Positions 62,905 through 64,000 of a DNA stretch of 64,000 nucleotides are shown in pieces. The position numbers were made by a program, and so were the translations under genes. Source of the DNA: Nibricoccus sp. (GTDB taxonomy: Bacteria > Verrucomicrobiota > Verrucomicrobiia > Opitutales > Opitutaceae). The stretch lies in contig JASGHG010000001.1 in the NCBI GenBank assembly GCA_047602425.1, positions 2,176,001 through 2,240,000 of the forward strand. Direction: 5' to 3'. The stretch's first letter is position 1. The number at the start of each line of letters is the position of its first letter. Under the pieces are notes generated by a model that was not told the origin of the DNA, made no database searches, and worked only from the letters and a program-made list of their open reading frames with translations.

Positions 62905-64000
62905 ATGAAAATCAAATCCAAACACCTCCTCGCGGGGCTCGCATTGGCCTTTAGCGCCACCGCCAGTGCCCTCGCTGCTCCCTCCGTCTCGCGTCTCACG
63001 CCGCCCAGTCTTTTGTTTTCCACGGGCGAAGCCGGCGCGCCTTACATTGCACGTTTCCTGCCCGGACAGCGTTTCGATTTGCAGGCCACGGTTCGTCCCG
63101 ATCCCAGCCAAACCATCGTCAGCGCCTCCTTCTTCATCGACGACAGGCCCGTCGCTGGTGCGGTCACTCTGATTCCCTGCAACGTCAATGTCCCAGCCAA
63201 CACCGTCGCTCCAACTTTGCGCGCGATCAGCCTCCAGCGTCCGGGCGTGCATACGCTAACCATCAAAGTTAGGCAAAGCGATGGCTTAGTCGCGACCGCG
63301 AAAGGCGAATTCGAAATCGTCGGCATCGAGCACAACGGACGCCGTGCAAAGAACATCATCGTCATGATCGGCGATGGCATGGGCATCGCCCATCGCTCGG
63401 CTGCACGGATTATGTACAAGGGCATTTTTCAGGGCAAAGCCCTCGAGCCGCTCGAAATGGACGCGATGGACTCCACTGCCCTCGTGAAAACCGCCTCGCT
63501 CAACTCGATCATCACCGATTCTGCACCCGGCGCCTTTTGTTATTCCGGCGGCAACAAAGCCTACAACAATCAGGAAGGCGTTTTCCCCGACGACACCACG
63601 GACAAGTTCGACAATCCCCGCGTCGAACTGATTGGTGAATACTTCGCTCGCACCGCCGGCAAAGCGCTCGGCATCGTGACCACGGCCGACGTCTTTGACG
63701 CCACGCCCGCAGCCTTCGGCGCGCACACGCAGGATCGCGGTGCGGGCACGGGCATTTGCGACGGTTACCTTGACGAACAAGTCGCCAAAGCCAATCTTCG
63801 CGTTCTCCTGGGTGGCGGTCGTAAATGGTTCCTCCCCAATACCACGCCCGGCAGCGCCCGCAGTGCGTCCAACGACGCGGTCCTCTCCGCCGAACTCGCC
63901 AATGCCTGGGGCATTCCCACTGGTGCCACCGATCCTAGTCGCAACTTGCTCGCCGATTTTCAAGCCGCCGGTTTCGCCTACGCGCCTGACAAGACCGGTC
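62905..64000 (+). CDS. Alkaline phosphatase (PhoA superfamily) with N-terminal extra domain, 3' truncated by window edge
   Basis: Absent from ORF track (no stop in window); translated by hand: signal peptide, KNIIVMIGDGMG, ITDSAPG (catalytic Ser), GIVTTADVFDATPAAFGAH, VLLGGGR. Confidence 0.92.
   Translation, partial: MKIKSKHLLAGLALAFSATASALAAPSVSRLTPPSLLFSTGEAGAPYIARFLPGQRFDLQATVRPDPSQTIVSASFFIDDRPVAGAVTLIPCNVNVPANTVAPTLRAISLQRPGVHTLTIKVRQSDGLVATAKGEFEIVGIEHNGRRAKNIIVMIGDGMGIAHRSAARIMYKGIFQGKALEPLEMDAMDSTALVKTASLNSIITDSAPGAFCYSGGNKAYNNQEGVFPDDTTDKFDNPRVELIGEYFARTAGKALGIVTTADVFDATPAAFGAHTQDRGAGTGICDGYLDEQVAKANLRVLLGGGRKWFLPNTTPGSARSASNDAVLSAELANAWGIPTGATDPSRNLLADFQAAGFAYAPDKTG

Overview
GC-rich bacterial chromosomal segment, most likely Opitutaceae/Verrucomicrobiota (inferred from protein style: LSPFEV-type TonB-dependent receptor, PEP-CTERM proteins, SBP-permease fusion; not proven). 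Left to right: partial TPR gene, tRNA-Pro(UGG), LysM protein, frameshifted NUDIX, PaaK-like ligase, TPR protein, two tandem PEP-CTERM paralogues, an sdhCAB operon interrupted by an ORF6N DNA-binding gene, purU, a motility/chemotaxis signalling cluster with several sigma28-like promoters, LysR, a MarR-MFP-RND efflux operon preceded by an unannotated 34-aa membrane peptide, a GH105 / propeller-sensor two-component / TonB receptor locus, a lone sugar ABC permease, a large hybrid kinase, two sigma54-linked small ORFs, an ECF42-DGPF-SRPBCC cluster, an ICMT-like protein, an SBP-permease fusion and a Pho-box-preceded DUF3299-alkaline phosphatase operon running off the end. No CRISPR array, rRNA, integrase or transposase was seen. 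The most unusual signals are (i) GTCAC-N5-GTGAC palindromes both upstream of and duplicated inside the ORF6N coding sequence and (ii) a family of intergenic TGTCA-NN-TA(A/T)TA-NN-TGACA palindromes with compensatory changes. Two +1 frameshifts may be sequencing errors. All family calls are by motif recognition, not database search.
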